Program-made: the position numbers and the translations under genes
Notes under the pieces: model-generated
What the model saw: only the letters and a program-made list of their open reading frames with translations
The model's database searches: none
What the model was told of the DNA's origin: nothing
From: Candidatus Cloacimonadota bacterium
GTDB lineage: Bacteria; Cloacimonadota; Cloacimonadia; G963667145
Direction of reading: 5' to 3'
DNA length: 64,000 nt
NCBI GenBank assembly: GCA_963667255.1
Contig: OY762940.1
Location: forward strand, 192,001-256,000
Part shown: positions 1 to 11,427 of the stretch, one piece after another
How positions within the stretch are numbered: the first letter of the stretch is position 1
Layout: each line of letters opens with the position of its first letter

Positions 1-282
1 TTTGGACTTGATAGCCAAGCGTTTAAGTCGCAAAATAAAGTCAACATAATCGGTATTAGTGCCCGGGATTCCTGTAAATTCATGGTGCAATCCATCAATC
101 ATCACAAATTTAACAGCAGCCCCTTGCATAGAAGAGAGTAGCACCCTACGAACAGTATTACCGACAGTTGTCCCGTATCCGGGCTCCATAGGGCTGACAC
201 TTACCTTCACATAAGTACTACTATAAGTGGATTCGTCTATTTCCACCTTGGTAGGATTTTGAATAGGAATTATTAAACTCAT
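1..282 (-). CDS. rpoA: RNA polymerase alpha subunit, 5' part (runs off window)
   Basis: Manual translation from ATG at 282: MSLIIPIQNP...SPMEPGYGTTVGNTVRRVLLSSMQGAAV...HEF; follows rpsD. Confidence 0.95.
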   Translation of the reverse strand, partial: MSLIIPIQNPTKVEIDESTYSSTYVKVSVSPMEPGYGTTVGNTVRRVLLSSMQGAAVKFVMIDGLHHEFTGIPGTNTDYVDFILRLKRLAIKSK

Positions 283-297
283 CGCACCTTCCCTACA

Positions 298-912
298 TTA
301 TTTAGAATAGAATTCGACAATCAAACGATCATCAACATTCACAGGTATTTGATCTCTATTCGGGATAGCCAAAACTTCACCCTTCAAGCTCTTCTTGTCA
401 AAAGACAACCAAGCAAAACTATCCACGGCACTGTTTCCGATATTATCCAAGAAAACTTGCATATTTTTGCTCTTATCTTTCACTTGGATGATATCTCCTT
501 GCTTACATTGATAAGAAGGGATGTTCACTCTTTTGCCGTTCACAGTGATGTGAGCATGAGTCACCAACTGACGAGACTGCATCCTCGTAGCTGCCAATCC
601 AAGTCTGAAAACAACACTGTCCAATCTCAACTCCAAAAGTCGAAAAAGATTTTCGCCGGTTACACCGCTTTGTCTTGCAGCTTTTTTGAAATAGTTACGG
701 AACTGCTTTTCCATGAGGCAATAAATCATTCTAGCTTTTTGCTTCTCATCCAAATGCAAGCCGTAATCACTCTTTCTCTTCTTAAAGCCTTGGCTATGCT
801 CACCCGGAGCGTAACCTTTTTTCTTCAAAATTTTATCATATTTGGGAGCTTCAAATATATTCTCCCCGAATTTTCTGCAAATTCTCGCTTTAGGACCTGT
901 ATATCTAGCCAT
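298..912 (-). CDS. rpsD: 30S ribosomal protein S4
   Basis: MARYTGP, LELRLDSVVFRLG, LIVEFYSK motifs. Confidence 0.98.
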   Translation of the reverse strand: MARYTGPKARICRKFGENIFEAPKYDKILKKKGYAPGEHSQGFKKRKSDYGLHLDEKQKARMIYCLMEKQFRNYFKKAARQSGVTGENLFRLLELRLDSVVFRLGLAATRMQSRQLVTHAHITVNGKRVNIPSYQCKQGDIIQVKDKSKNMQVFLDNIGNSAVDSFAWLSFDKKSLKGEVLAIPNRDQIPVNVDDRLIVEFYSK

Positions 913-922
913 CTATCTCTCC

Positions 923-1303
923 CTATATCCTTCTTTGTTTAGGCGGTCTGCAACCATTATGAGGCACCGGAGTAACATCCTTAATCATAGTGATTTGCAA
1001 TCCAGCAGCATTCAGAGCTCTAATAGCAGCTTCTCTACCACCACCGGGACCTTTCACAATCACACCAACTCTGGAAATACCAAGTTCAACAGCCAATTCA
1101 CCCATTTTTTTCCCAGCCAACTGAGCAGCAAAAGAGGTATTCTTCTTGGAGCCGTGATAACCGATATCACCGCCACTAGACCAATCGATAGTATTTCCAG
1201 ACTTGTCGGCCAAGGTCACAATCGTATTATTAAAACTGGAATGAATATTAACCATTCCTTCACTAATATTCAGTTTTTTCTTTTTCTTCACATTCTTAGC
1301 CAT
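923..1303 (-). CDS. rpsK: 30S ribosomal protein S11
   Basis: [30 protein letters not shown]. Confidence 0.98.
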   Translation of the reverse strand: MAKNVKKKKKLNISEGMVNIHSSFNNTIVTLADKSGNTIDWSSGGDIGYHGSKKNTSFAAQLAGKKMGELAVELGISRVGVIVKGPGGGREAAIRALNAAGLQITMIKDVTPVPHNGCRPPKQRRI

Positions 1304-1309
1304 CTTCTA

Positions 1310-1663
1310 CTACCTCTTTTTCCTTCTCTTTTTGCGAGTCATAGCATTATTCTTAGTATTTTGACCTCTGCAAGGCAAACCTCTTTTGTGACGCAAACCG
1401 CGATAAGAGCCATTACCCATCAGTCTCTTTATGTCCATTACATTTCTGGTTCTAAGCTCACCCTCTACAATATAATGACCTTGTATTTCCTCTCTAATCC
1501 GTTTTTCATCTTCGATAGAGAGGTCTTTTACTCTTATGCTTTCATCAATCGCAAGATCACTAAGAATCTTTTTAGAATAAGTTTTACCTATCCCAAAGAT
1601 ATAGGTCAACGCTATCTCCAATCTTTTGTCTTTAGGGAGTTCAACTCCTACTATATTAGCCAA
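1310..1663 (-). CDS. rpsM: 30S ribosomal protein S13
   Basis: [34 protein letters not shown] start. Confidence 0.97.
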   Translation of the reverse strand: MANIVGVELPKDKRLEIALTYIFGIGKTYSKKILSDLAIDESIRVKDLSIEDEKRIREEIQGHYIVEGELRTRNVMDIKRLMGNGSYRGLRHKRGLPCRGQNTKNNAMTRKKRRKKR

Positions 1664-1671
1664 ATCTCCTC

Positions 1672-1785
1672 CTAACCTTGTCTTTGCTTATGTTTGGGAT
1701 TAGAGCAAATCACTCTAACCACACCTTTACGAACCACAATCTTGCAGTCCTTACAAATCTTCTTTACAGATGCTTTAACTTTCAT
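1672..1785 (-). CDS. rpmJ: 50S ribosomal protein L36 (not in ORF track)
   Basis: Manual translation [37 protein letters not shown]. Confidence 0.97.
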   Translation of the reverse strand: MKVKASVKKICKDCKIVVRKGVVRVICSNPKHKQRQG

Positions 1786-1798
1786 CATTAACTCCAAA

Positions 1799-2017
1799 CT
1801 ACTTATACCTATAAATTATTCTGCCTTTGGACAAATCATAAGGAGAAATCTCTAATTTCAACTTATCTCCCGTCAAAATTCGAATATAGTGCATTCTCAT
1901 CTTTCCCGACAAATGAGCAACAATCTCATGCCCATTCTCCAACTTAACCCTAAACTTCGTCCCAGGCAAAATCTCAACAACTTCACCATCTATTTCTATA
2001 TTATCCACTTTAGCCAT
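1799..2017 (-). CDS. infA: Translation initiation factor IF-1
   Basis: [35 protein letters not shown]. Confidence 0.98.
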   Translation of the reverse strand: MAKVDNIEIDGEVVEILPGTKFRVKLENGHEIVAHLSGKMRMHYIRILTGDKLKLEISPYDLSKGRIIYRYK

Positions 2018-2028
2018 ACATGCCTCTA

Positions 2029-2787
2029 TTAACCGACCGTCAAAATCTCCGCCTCATCATCAGTAACGAGTATCGTATACTCAAAATGAGCCGAACGACT
2101 ATTATCAGCCACCACACATTCCCAACCATTCTCGACAATCCTATTGGTGCCACGATTGAACATCGGCTCTATCGCCAATGTCATTCCCGAACGCAAACGA
2201 ACTCCAGTGCCTTTTCTCCCATCATTTGGAACGGCAGGATCTTCGTGAAGATTTTTCCCAATCCCATGTCCTGTCAGATTATCCGCCGGATAAAAACCGT
2301 TCTTTTTGGCGATAGCACCAATAGCAGCGGACAAATCACCCAAACGATTACCATTTCTTGCCAAAGCCACCGCTGTGTCAAGTGCTTCCTTGGTAATTTT
2401 CATCAATTTTTTATCTTCAGCGGAAATTTCCCCAACTGCATAAGTTTTAGCTCCATCTCCATAGTAACCGTTCAAATAGGTGCCCACATCAACACCAATA
2501 ATATCGCCGTCTTGCAAAACAACTTTCTTGGAAGGAATCCCATGAACAATCACGGAATTTACCGAAGTGCAAACCTCTCCAGGAAAAGGTGGCAACCCAG
2601 GAACACTATAACCTTTGAAAGCCGGTCTAGCACCTCTATCCAAAATAAATTTCTTTGACTCTTCGTTAATCTCCCAAGTGGAGATACCAGGCTTTATTAT
2701 CCCGTCCAGATAGTCGAGCAAATCCCCGACAATTCGGTTAGCTGCTCTCATCTTTTCGATTTCGACAGAATTTTTAATAAAAATCAC
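2029..2787 (-). CDS. map: Methionine aminopeptidase type I
   Basis: [33 protein letters not shown]. Confidence 0.97.
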   Translation of the reverse strand: MIFIKNSVEIEKMRAANRIVGDLLDYLDGIIKPGISTWEINEESKKFILDRGARPAFKGYSVPGLPPFPGEVCTSVNSVIVHGIPSKKVVLQDGDIIGVDVGTYLNGYYGDGAKTYAVGEISAEDKKLMKITKEALDTAVALARNGNRLGDLSAAIGAIAKKNGFYPADNLTGHGIGKNLHEDPAVPNDGRKGTGVRLRSGMTLAIEPMFNRGTNRIVENGWECVVADNSRSAHFEYTILVTDDEAEILTVG

Positions 2788-4106
2788 TTAGCCCTTCTGC
2801 CTCTAATCTTGCCATGTTTCATAAATCCGTCGTAGTGTCGGGAAATAAGCTGACCTTCCAATTGTTGCAAAATATCCAAAGCAACTCCCACAACAATGAT
2901 GAGACTCGTTCCCCCGAAATAAAGAGGAGAGTTCGTATAGTCTATCAAATATTGAGGGACAACAGCTATCAGAGCAAAAAATACCGCACCGGGCAATGTA
3001 ATCCGAGCAATAACACTATTCAAATATTCTGCTGTGCTCTTGCCAGGCTTCTTACCAGGGATAAATCCGCCGAACTTCTTCATATTGTTCGCCATTTCGA
3101 TAGGATTGAGCACTATAGCCGTATAAAAATACGCAAAAAACACAATCAACATAACATACAAAATCGTGTAAGTGTATGCCCCAGGCGACAAAGAAGCCGA
3201 AATCGCATTCATAAAAGCGTTCTCTTTGAAAAAAGCGGCAATCGTCTTGGGGAACATTATCACGGCTTGGGCAAAAATGATAGGAATCACACCAGCAGTA
3301 TTGACCTTGAGTGGAATGTGCGAGGACTGTCCGCCATATATCTTGCGACCGACAATTCTCTTGGCATATTGCACGACAATCTTTCTCTCGGCTTGAGTAA
3401 CATACACTACCAAGCCGGTTACGATTATCATTGTAGCCAAGATAATCACAACATTCAGAGTCGGCATAGAGCCGGCATAAACCATCTTCGCCATATTATA
3501 AAAGCCAACTGGATAGCGAACAACAATACCGGCAAAAATAATCAGAGAGATACCGTTGCCGATTCCGCGGTCGGTAATCCTCTCGCCAAGCCACATGATA
3601 ATCATCGTGCCCGTAAGCAAAGTAGTCACAGCTGCAATCGTAAACATCATACCACTATTGGGGACAACAGCTTGACCAGCCGAGGTATACAAATTTTGCA
3701 AGAATATGGCAATACCTACGGAGTTGAACGCACCGACAATTAATGTCCCGTATCTAGTATATTGAGTAATCTTGCGTTGCCCCTCTGCTCCCTCATGCTT
3801 CAACTTCTCAAAAAATGGGAAGACTCCGCCCAAGAGCTGCATCACGATAGAAGCGGTGATATAGGGCATAATACCCAAAGCGAAAATGGAAGCTCTCTGA
3901 AAATTGCCACCAACGAACATATCAAACATTCCAAAAAGAGTGCCATCTCCACCTCTAGTGGTAAAAAACTCCTGCAAAGCACTGGTATCAATTCCCGGGA
4001 CAGGTATGTAACCGCCCAATCTGTATAGAACCAAAATAAAAGCAGTAAAAAGAACTTTATTCTTTAATTCGGCAATCTTGAAGACATTTAATAAATTCTT
4101 AAGCAA
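2784..4106 (-). CDS. secY: Preprotein translocase SecY
   Basis: SIFALGIMPYITASI, GIGNGISLIIF, FGGTSLII. Confidence 0.98.
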   Translation of the reverse strand: MLKNLLNVFKIAELKNKVLFTAFILVLYRLGGYIPVPGIDTSALQEFFTTRGGDGTLFGMFDMFVGGNFQRASIFALGIMPYITASIVMQLLGGVFPFFEKLKHEGAEGQRKITQYTRYGTLIVGAFNSVGIAIFLQNLYTSAGQAVVPNSGMMFTIAAVTTLLTGTMIIMWLGERITDRGIGNGISLIIFAGIVVRYPVGFYNMAKMVYAGSMPTLNVVIILATMIIVTGLVVYVTQAERKIVVQYAKRIVGRKIYGGQSSHIPLKVNTAGVIPIIFAQAVIMFPKTIAAFFKENAFMNAISASLSPGAYTYTILYVMLIVFFAYFYTAIVLNPIEMANNMKKFGGFIPGKKPGKSTAEYLNSVIARITLPGAVFFALIAVVPQYLIDYTNSPLYFGGTSLIIVVGVALDILQQLEGQLISRHYDGFMKHGKIRGRRAK

Positions 4107-4107
4107 T

Positions 4108-4545
4108 TTAAATCTCCTTTACACTACCACCGCAAGACTCGATAAGTTTTTTTGCGTTAGCAGAGAATTTATTAGCCTCAATATTAAGAACAGCTTTGAA
4201 ATCTTCAACACCAGAAGCCAAAACCTTTACAGGCAACAACTTCTTGGGGATTAATCCCTTTTCTTCCATCAAAGCCACATCAATATCAGATTGTCCAAGA
4301 GCAACCAAAGAACCCAAGTTGATAATACGATACTCTTTTCTATTGATACTGGTAAACCCTCTCTTGGGTAAACGACGTTGCAACGGCATCTGACCACCCT
4401 CAAACCAAGCAGGAATGTTTCCACCGGCTCTTGATTTTTGTCCGTTAAATCCTCTACCGCCTGTTTTACCAAGTCCGGAACCGGGACCTTTACCTTTTCT
4501 TTTCTTATTCTTCAAGGCAGGTTTATTTAGATTAGATAAATTCAT
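4108..4545 (-). CDS. rplO: 50S ribosomal protein L15
   Basis: FEGGQMPLQRRLPKRGF. Confidence 0.97.
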   Translation of the reverse strand: MNLSNLNKPALKNKKRKGKGPGSGLGKTGGRGFNGQKSRAGGNIPAWFEGGQMPLQRRLPKRGFTSINRKEYRIINLGSLVALGQSDIDVALMEEKGLIPKKLLPVKVLASGVEDFKAVLNIEANKFSANAKKLIESCGGSVKEI

Positions 4546-4560
4546 TATTCCACCCCTATC

Positions 4561-4743
4561 TTAAACTTCTTCTACACGCAATAGATAACCAACTTTATTA
4601 ATCATCCCACGGATAACAGCAGTATCTTCATGCACTTTAGTTCTATTTATCTTACCGAGACCCAGAGCCTTGATAGCCCCCTTAACATCGTCTCTTCTTT
4701 TGATAGTACTACGAATTTGAGTAACTTTTAATTTCTTAGCCAT
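4561..4743 (-). CDS. rpmD: 50S ribosomal protein L30
   Basis: LKVTQIRSTI..ALGL..IRGMINKV; operon position. Confidence 0.95.
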   Translation of the reverse strand: MAKKLKVTQIRSTIKRRDDVKGAIKALGLGKINRTKVHEDTAVIRGMINKVGYLLRVEEV

Positions 4744-5264
4744 TATTTACTCCCCTTGGTAAGTTCATCGACGCTTTTACCGCGAAGTTTGGCTACATCT
4801 TGAATAGTTCTGAGTTGTTTCAGTCCATCGATAGTCGCCTTGGCAACATTGACAGCCGTGTTAGAACCCAAAGACTTGGTCAAAATGTTTTGCACTCCAG
4901 CAGCCTCCAAGACAGCACGAGCAGGACCTCCGGCAATAATTCCTGTTCCATCGGAAGCCGGCTTGAGCATCACTTTGCTCGCCTTAAATCTACCGATAAT
5001 TTCGTGAGGAATAGTGCCATTCACGATAGGAACACTAAACATAGCAGCAGCCGCATTGTCTTTAGCTTTGCTGATAGCATCGGTAATCTCGTTAGCTTTG
5101 CCACTGGCAAACCCCAACTTCCCGTTCTTATCTCCAACGACCATAGCAGCGTTAAAGCTGAAGTTTCTACCACCCTTTACCACTTTGGCAACTCTGGCGG
5201 TGGACACTATCTTTTCTACTTCAAATCCGCTTTTGATCGGTTTTTCGTTCTTTTGCTTTTTCAA
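4743..5264 (-). CDS. rpsE: 30S ribosomal protein S5
   Basis: [28 protein letters not shown]. Confidence 0.97.
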   Translation of the reverse strand: MKKQKNEKPIKSGFEVEKIVSTARVAKVVKGGRNFSFNAAMVVGDKNGKLGFASGKANEITDAISKAKDNAAAAMFSVPIVNGTIPHEIIGRFKASKVMLKPASDGTGIIAGGPARAVLEAAGVQNILTKSLGSNTAVNVAKATIDGLKQLRTIQDVAKLRGKSVDELTKGSK

Positions 5265-5273
5265 AATATCTCC

Positions 5274-5645
5274 TTATAGTGCCAAACCGGCTTCTCTAAC
5301 GCCATCTACCACAGCCTTCACGCGACCATGATATTTGTAACCGTTTCTGTCCACACATACAGCCTTAATTTTAGCAGCTTTAGCTTTTTCACCTAACATC
5401 TTCCCTACTTGAAAGCTCTTTTCGCTTTTATCTCCCTCAAACTTAGCACCCTTTTCCAAAGTAGAACAAGCTACCAATGTCTTCCCGCTCTCGTCATCTA
5501 TCATTTGAGCATAAATATTGTTCAAAGACCTGTAAATAACAAGACGAGGTCTCTCATTAGTGCCTTTTACTTTTTGAATATAAGCCTTTTTTCTTCTAAG
5601 TCTTGAGGCGGTTTTTACAAAACTCTTACACGATTTTTTTCTCAT
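5274..5645 (-). CDS. rplR: 50S ribosomal protein L18
   Basis: RPRLVIYRS, DRNGYKYHGRV. Confidence 0.97.
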   Translation of the reverse strand: MRKKSCKSFVKTASRLRRKKAYIQKVKGTNERPRLVIYRSLNNIYAQMIDDESGKTLVACSTLEKGAKFEGDKSEKSFQVGKMLGEKAKAAKIKAVCVDRNGYKYHGRVKAVVDGVREAGLAL

Positions 5646-5662
5646 TGTTAACTCCTCAACCC

Positions 5663-6220
5663 TTATTCAGCCTTTTTACCTTGTTTAATCTTCACAAATT
5701 CACCCTTGTATCTGATACCTTTGCCTTTGTAATTCTCAGGCGGTCTGATTTTGCGAATTTGGTCGGAAAACTTGCCAACCTCTTCTTTGTTAATGCCGGA
5801 GATAGTAACTTCAACATTAACAGCAAGAGCTTGCTTACCTTCAGGAGCCTTGGCTTCAACCTTCAGATGAGATGGCACTTCCACTACCACTTCGTGAGAG
5901 AAGCCGAGACTGCATCTAAGCCAACGCCCTTGCACCTTAGCGTTAAAACCGGTCCCAATAAACTGCAAAGTCTTGCTAAAACCGGCACTCACGCCTATAA
6001 CCATATTGTTTAATAAAGCCCTTGTCATCCCGTGAATAGCTTTCAAAGAGTCAGCCTTTCTGGACACAACAAGCACTCCATCTTCATTTTTTACACTAAT
6101 TCCAGGCAAAAGAGCGTAAGAAAGTTCCCCGAGAGGACCCTTTACAGCAACATCACTACCCTTGATGTTGACTTCTACTTTTTCCGGTAAACTAATTGGT
6201 AGGTCACCTATTCTAGACAT
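5663..6220 (-). CDS. rplF: 50S ribosomal protein L6
   Basis: MSRIG, VKGPLGEL, RPPENYKGKGIRY. Confidence 0.97.
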   Translation of the reverse strand: MSRIGDLPISLPEKVEVNIKGSDVAVKGPLGELSYALLPGISVKNEDGVLVVSRKADSLKAIHGMTRALLNNMVIGVSAGFSKTLQFIGTGFNAKVQGRWLRCSLGFSHEVVVEVPSHLKVEAKAPEGKQALAVNVEVTISGINKEEVGKFSDQIRKIRPPENYKGKGIRYKGEFVKIKQGKKAE

Positions 6221-6232
6221 TCTGTTCTCCTC

Positions 6233-6646
6233 CTACCAAACCTTGCAAACATACTCGCCGCCAATGTTTTTGCTTTTGGCATCTCTGTCTATCATCACAC
6301 CCTGAGAGGTCGAAATAATCGCACACCCCAAGTTGTTGTAAACAGTCGGCAAGTTCTTTGCACTTACATATACCCTCATACCAGGGGTACTAATTCTTTG
6401 GATACCTCTTAATACAGGGATTTCATCCTTAGTATATCTGAGCACCAAAGACAATTGTTTTCTTACTCTTTTTTGTGAAACATCCCTGTCCAAAATTTCG
6501 TAAGATTCTACGAAATTCTCTTGGTCGAGCAGTTTCACAATTCCTTCCACAAGTTTGCAATGGTCAACAAAAACAGTTTTGTGCTTAGCGAGATATGCAT
6601 TTCTGATTTTTGTCAAAGCATTAGCAATAGGATCTGACACACTCAT
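6233..6646 (-). CDS. rpsH: 30S ribosomal protein S8
   Basis: DPIANALTKIRNA, ISTPGMRVY, STSQGVM, GGE. Confidence 0.97.
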   Translation of the reverse strand: MSVSDPIANALTKIRNAYLAKHKTVFVDHCKLVEGIVKLLDQENFVESYEILDRDVSQKRVRKQLSLVLRYTKDEIPVLRGIQRISTPGMRVYVSAKNLPTVYNNLGCAIISTSQGVMIDRDAKSKNIGGEYVCKVW

Positions 6647-6667
6647 TTATAAACTCCTTAATTTCTT

Positions 6668-6853
6668 CTACCAGCTAGATTTGGTAACACCCGGGATTTC
6701 GCCATTGGAAGCCAATTTGCGGAAACAAAGCCTGCAAATTCCAAAATCTCTGATATATCCCCTAGGGCGACCGCATTGCTTACAACGATTATACTCTCTA
6801 ACTTTAAATTTTTGAGATCTCTTTTGTTTAGCAATCATCGATTTTTTAGCCAT
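6668..6853 (-). CDS. rpsN: 30S ribosomal protein S14 (short zinc-binding type)
   Basis: 61 aa with CKQCGRPR and CRLCFR. Confidence 0.97.
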   Translation of the reverse strand: MAKKSMIAKQKRSQKFKVREYNRCKQCGRPRGYIRDFGICRLCFRKLASNGEIPGVTKSSW

Positions 6854-6861
6854 AATTACCC

Positions 6862-7398
6862 CTAATTTTTCTTGAACGGAAATCCCAAGCCACTAAGTAA
6901 CTTGAAAGCACCTTCATTGTTCTTAGAACTGGTACAAACCACGATACTAAGACCTCTTACACTATCAATTTTGTCATAATCAATCTCAGGGAAAATAACT
7001 TGTTCTTGCAAACCAAGAGCATAATTACCTCTTCCATCAAACGATTTTGCGGAAATACCATTAAAGTCCTTCAGCTTAGGCAACACTATGGATACGAGTT
7101 TATCAATAAACTCAAACATAACTTCACCACGCAAAGTAACCTTACATCCAATAGGCATTCCTTCTCTCAATTTGAAATTGGAAATAGACTTTTTCGCTTT
7201 GGTTATCATAGGCTTTCTACCGGTAATAATTGTCAAATCTTTAACCGCACCATCCAAAAGAGCTTTGTTTTGAGTAGCTTCGCCCACTCCCATATTCAAA
7301 ACCACTTTCTCAAGTTTAGGAACTTGACAAATATTCTTGTATTCCTTCTTGAGCGAAGGCACTATTTCATTCAAATATTTCTCTTGTAATCTATTCAT
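6862..7398 (-). CDS. rplE: 50S ribosomal protein L5
   Basis: [24 protein letters not shown]. Confidence 0.98.
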   Translation of the reverse strand: MNRLQEKYLNEIVPSLKKEYKNICQVPKLEKVVLNMGVGEATQNKALLDGAVKDLTIITGRKPMITKAKKSISNFKLREGMPIGCKVTLRGEVMFEFIDKLVSIVLPKLKDFNGISAKSFDGRGNYALGLQEQVIFPEIDYDKIDSVRGLSIVVCTSSKNNEGAFKLLSGLGFPFKKN

Positions 7399-7412
7399 CG
7401 ATCAGCTCCCGA

Positions 7413-7730
7413 TTATAACTCTTCACCGGATTTTTTGCAAACCCGAGTTCTTTTATCGCCAATCAATTTGTAAATCGGCTTGGTTACATCTTTAAGTTTT
7501 TGATTGAAAAGCATAACATTGGAAGCGTCGATAGAGCCCTCTATCTCCACTATTCCACCTTGAGGATTGTTTTGATCAGGTCTTACATGCTTCTTTTTCA
7601 AATTAACTTTTTCTATTATCACTCTGCCTTTTTTGCGGTCAACAGCCAAGATTTTCCCTTTAGCACCCTTGGAAGAGCCGGCAATCACAACCACAAAATC
7701 ATCTTTTTTCAATCTGACTTTCTTTTCCAT
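7413..7730 (-). CDS. rplX: 50S ribosomal protein L24
   Basis: KOW motif VVVIAG..KG, GGIVEIEG.I..SNV. Confidence 0.96.
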   Translation of the reverse strand: MEKKVRLKKDDFVVVIAGSSKGAKGKILAVDRKKGRVIIEKVNLKKKHVRPDQNNPQGGIVEIEGSIDASNVMLFNQKLKDVTKPIYKLIGDKRTRVCKKSGEEL

Positions 7731-7739
7731 TACTCCCCC

Positions 7740-8108
7740 TTACAACACTTCCGGAGCCAAAGATATAATCTTGGAATATCCATGCTCTCTCAGCTCTCTG
7801 GAAACCGGACCAAATACACGAGTTCCTACAGGCTCTCCGGCATCGTTGACTATCACTACGGCATTATCGGAAAATCTGATATAGGAACCGTCTTGCCTTC
7901 TAACAGCTTTCTTGGTTCTAACTATCAACCCTTTAGCCACGGCTTTTTTCTTGATTCTACCACCGGGCAAAGCTTTTTTGACAGCGATAACAATAATATC
8001 TCCAACAGTAGCGTATCTCTTCTTGGAACCACCGAGCACCTTGATGCATTCGGCTAATTTAGCTCCTGAATTATCTGCTACCACTAGATTTGTTTGCATT
8101 TGTATCAT
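7740..8108 (-). CDS. rplN: 50S ribosomal protein L14
   Basis: [24 protein letters not shown]. Confidence 0.98.
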   Translation of the reverse strand: MIQMQTNLVVADNSGAKLAECIKVLGGSKKRYATVGDIIVIAVKKALPGGRIKKKAVAKGLIVRTKKAVRRQDGSYIRFSDNAVVIVNDAGEPVGTRVFGPVSRELREHGYSKIISLAPEVL

Positions 8109-8119
8109 AATCTTAAGTC

Positions 8120-8371
8120 CTATTTACTTTCTTCCAAAACTTTATCCAAAACCCATTTTTTGGTTTTGCTAAAAGGCTTGGACTCTCTGATAGCAACAAC
8201 ATCGCCAAATTTGCAAATATTGTTCTCATCATGAGCCTTAACCTTTTTGTGTTTTCTTACCATCTTCTTGTATAAGGGATGAGCAAACTTTCTCTCAATC
8301 TCCACAACGATAGTTTTATCCATCTTGTCGGAAACCACCTTGCCAACCCTTGACAATCTTCTACTAAACAT
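8120..8371 (-). CDS. rpsQ: 30S ribosomal protein S17
   Basis: [24 protein letters not shown]. Confidence 0.97.
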   Translation of the reverse strand: MFSRRLSRVGKVVSDKMDKTIVVEIERKFAHPLYKKMVRKHKKVKAHDENNICKFGDVVAIRESKPFSKTKKWVLDKVLEESK

Positions 8372-8570
8372 TTGCTTCCCCTATTCTTGCTCTTTCATTG
8401 ACTATAGTCATAATACGAGCAATATCTTTTCTTGCCCATTTGAAAGCCGAAGGAGTTTCCAATTTCCCCATTGCTTGGGAAAATCTCAAATCGAAAAGTT
8501 TCTCTTCCAACTTGTTCAAATTATCTTGCAATTCGCTATCGCTCATTTGACGAATTTCAGCAATTTTCAT
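8364..8570 (-). CDS. rpmC: 50S ribosomal protein L29
   Basis: [15 protein letters not shown]; operon position. Confidence 0.95.
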   Translation of the reverse strand: MKIAEIRQMSDSELQDNLNKLEEKLFDLRFSQAMGKLETPSAFKWARKDIARIMTIVNERARIGEANV

Positions 8571-8986
8571 ATTCTCACCTCTCCTCTGTAAACCATCTCA
8601 GTCCTGATAGGCAACTTCTTTCCAGCTTTGGAGATAGCTTCTCTTGCCAAAGCCTCATCTTCTATCTCCAGCTCAAACAAGACTCTTCCCGGTTTGACTA
8701 CAGCTACCCAATACTCAGGTTCACCCTTACCTTTACCCATACGAGTTTCAGCAGCAGTTTGAGTATATGGTTTATCTGGGAAAATACGAATATGCACTTT
8801 ACCCGTTCTTTTCAAAGTTCTGGTCAAAACTACACGCACAGCCTCAATTTGACGAGCAGTAATCCAGCCACAACCTTGAGCAAGCAAACCAAAATTGCCG
8901 AAACTTACTTCGCTGCCTCGCTTGGCAAGACCACGCATTCGACCTCTCTGTTGCTTCCTAAATTTTGTTCTCTTTGGTGCTAACAT
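8567..8986 (-). CDS. rplP: 50S ribosomal protein L16
   Basis: [22 protein letters not shown]. Confidence 0.98.
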   Translation of the reverse strand: MLAPKRTKFRKQQRGRMRGLAKRGSEVSFGNFGLLAQGCGWITARQIEAVRVVLTRTLKRTGKVHIRIFPDKPYTQTAAETRMGKGKGEPEYWVAVVKPGRVLFELEIEDEALAREAISKAGKKLPIRTEMVYRGEVRI

Positions 8987-9002
8987 TATCTTAACTCCTT
9001 AA

Positions 9003-9650
9003 TTAATTGAGGATATCGCCTTTGTATATCCAAACTTTAATACCGATAATTCCGTAAGTTGTATTGGCCTCTACCAAAGCGTAATCGATGTCGGCACGGA
9101 GAGTGTGCAAAGGTGTAGAACCTTCGGTATATCTCTCTGTCCTCGCCATCTCCGCTCCGCCCAATCTTCCCGAACATTGAATCTTGATACCAACAGCTCC
9201 GTCTCTTTTGGCATTTCTGATAGCAAACTTCATCACTCTTCTAAAAGAGACTCTGTTTTGCAATTGTCTGGCAATCTCTTGACCAACAAGCTGAGCATCA
9301 CACCACATCTTTTTCACTTCGTTCACATTCACGAAGACAGAAATTTTCCTGTCTCTTTTCTTGTTGAGAAGCATAGAAATCTCATCACGCAAAAGCTCAA
9401 TTTCCGCACCTTTCTTACCAATCACCTGACCGGGTCTGGCGGTATAGATATCCACTGTGAGTTGTGAGCTCTTACGATAAATCTTAATCTTGGAAATCAT
9501 CGCTGTGGCAAGTCTGCTCTTGAGGTATCTTTTTACCATCAAATCTTCTTGCAAATTGTCGATATACTCTTTACCGGTAGCGAACCAAATAGAATCGGAT
9601 TCTTTGTTGATGCCTAAACGCAAACCAATTGGATTAACTTTTTGTCCCAT
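9003..9650 (-). CDS. rpsC: 30S ribosomal protein S3
   Basis: MGQKVNPIGLRLG, GRLGGAEMAR, PLHTLRADIDY. Confidence 0.98.
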   Translation of the reverse strand: MGQKVNPIGLRLGINKESDSIWFATGKEYIDNLQEDLMVKRYLKSRLATAMISKIKIYRKSSQLTVDIYTARPGQVIGKKGAEIELLRDEISMLLNKKRDRKISVFVNVNEVKKMWCDAQLVGQEIARQLQNRVSFRRVMKFAIRNAKRDGAVGIKIQCSGRLGGAEMARTERYTEGSTPLHTLRADIDYALVEANTTYGIIGIKVWIYKGDILN

Positions 9651-9651
9651 T

Positions 9652-10008
9652 CTATTCTCCTTCCTTGCTGATATTTTTCACAAACAAATATATGTGACAG
9701 CTTCTTTTCAAAATCGTGGTTGCTCTCCCTTGAGCTCTTGGTCTAAATCTCTTGGCTGTGCGACCCTCGTTGGCATAAATTTGAGAGACAACCAAATCAG
9801 CATCGTTAGTGCCGGCAGCCAAATCTTTTGCATTAGCAACCGCAGAGTTGAGCAATTTATACATTTGCTTAGCTACTTTTTGCTTAGACAAAAACAAAAT
9901 CTTTTGAGCTTCCGTAACCGACTTGCCTCTTACCAACTCTATTACCAATCGAGCCTTACGAGCCGAACCTTTATAATCTTTTAATATAGCTTTATATTCC
10001 ATAATCAC
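9652..10008 (-). CDS. rplV: 50S ribosomal protein L22 (true start may be ATG at 10002)
   Basis: SARKARLV, RFRPRAQGRA. Confidence 0.96.
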   Translation of the reverse strand: MIMEYKAILKDYKGSARKARLVIELVRGKSVTEAQKILFLSKQKVAKQMYKLLNSAVANAKDLAAGTNDADLVVSQIYANEGRTAKRFRPRAQGRATTILKRSCHIYLFVKNISKEGE

Positions 10009-10271
10009 TATCCTCTATTCGTGTGAGCCCTAAAAGTTCTGGTATGAGAAAACTCGCCGAACTTGTGACCTACCAAATCTTCCGAAACGAATACCGGAAT
10101 AAATTTTCTGCCGTTATGCACAGCGAATGTATATCCGATGAAATCCGGAATAATGGTGGATCTTCTTGACCAAGTCTTGATTACGGACTTCTTTCCGTCT
10201 TTCTTCATTTGCTCAACTTTCTTGAGCAAGTGTTCATCCACGAAAGGTCCTTTTTTTACTGAGCGAGCCAT
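10008..10271 (-). CDS. rpsS: 30S ribosomal protein S19
   Basis: [26 protein letters not shown]. Confidence 0.98.
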   Translation of the reverse strand: MARSVKKGPFVDEHLLKKVEQMKKDGKKSVIKTWSRRSTIIPDFIGYTFAVHNGRKFIPVFVSEDLVGHKFGEFSHTRTFRAHTNRG

Positions 10272-11110
10272 TATTTCCCACCTTTTCTTTTCTTAGCTTT
10301 CACTATAAACTTATCAGAATATTTTTTATTCTTACGAGTTTTGCCACCTTTGGCAAGCACACCCCATGGAGATCTCGGATGACCACCACCGGAAGTTTTA
10401 CCTTCGCCACCACCCATCGGGTGATCTACAGGGTTCATAGCCACACCACGCACTTTCGGTCTTCTGCCGAGCCATCTGGAACGACCAGCTTTACCAAGTT
10501 GCAATGTATTTCTCTCCACATTACCCACTTGACCGATAGTCGCATAGCAACCCTCTCTAACCAAATGGACATCGCCTGATGGCATTTTCAAGTGAATATA
10601 TCCGTTGTCTTTGGCAACTACCTGCACATAAGAACCAGCTGACCGAGCCAACTGACCGCCTCTGCCGGGAGCAAACTCAACATTGTGCACCAATGTACCA
10701 AGTGGAATATCCTTGAGAGGAAGAGCGTTACCAACTGCGATAGGAGCACCGTCTCCGGCAACAATCTTTTGACCTACTTCGATGCCCAATGGTGCGATAA
10801 TATAGCGTTTCTCTCCATCTACATAGTGCAAAAGACAAATCCTTGCTGTTCTGTTCGGATCATACTCCACAGTAGCCACAACAGCCTCTATGCCTCTCTT
10901 GTTTCTCTTAAAATCGATAATTCTATACTTTCTCTTGTGACCGCCACCCCTTCTCCTCATCGTAACTCGCCCTTGGTTGTTTCTACCTGCTTTTTTGGGC
11001 AAGGGAGCCAAAAGGCTCTTTTCCGGAGTAGAAGTGGTAATCTCTTCAAAAGTATATCCAGTCTTAAACCTTAAAGAAGGTGTAACTGGATTATATTTTC
11101 TAATTCCCAT
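10271..11110 (-). CDS. rplB: 50S ribosomal protein L2
   Basis: [23 protein letters not shown]. Confidence 0.98.
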   Translation of the reverse strand: MGIRKYNPVTPSLRFKTGYTFEEITTSTPEKSLLAPLPKKAGRNNQGRVTMRRRGGGHKRKYRIIDFKRNKRGIEAVVATVEYDPNRTARICLLHYVDGEKRYIIAPLGIEVGQKIVAGDGAPIAVGNALPLKDIPLGTLVHNVEFAPGRGGQLARSAGSYVQVVAKDNGYIHLKMPSGDVHLVREGCYATIGQVGNVERNTLQLGKAGRSRWLGRRPKVRGVAMNPVDHPMGGGEGKTSGGGHPRSPWGVLAKGGKTRKNKKYSDKFIVKAKKRKGGK

Positions 11111-11124
11111 ATCTCCAAAATCCT

Positions 11125-11427
11125 CTAAACTTCAAATTCAGGGAACGATTCCCCAGCTTGCAAAGTAACAATAGCTTTTTTCCAATCAGCTCTTTTACCG
11201 GCAAATCTACCCATAGTTTTGGTCTTCCCCTGTTGGTTGATTGTGTTCACATTCTTCACCTTAACAGAGAAAATCTTTTCCAAAGCTTTCTTAATCTCTA
11301 TCTTATTGGCGGCTCTGCTTACCTTGAAAACATACGACTTCTCGTTTCTGGCATTCTCTACCATCAACTCCGAAGATTTCTCGGTAATATGAGGAGCAAT
11401 AATTATTTGTCTATCTGACTTTCTCAT
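11125..11427 (-). CDS. rplW: 50S ribosomal protein L23
   Basis: [22 protein letters not shown]. Confidence 0.96.
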   Translation of the reverse strand: MRKSDRQIIIAPHITEKSSELMVENARNEKSYVFKVSRAANKIEIKKALEKIFSVKVKNVNTINQQGKTKTMGRFAGKRADWKKAIVTLQAGESFPEFEV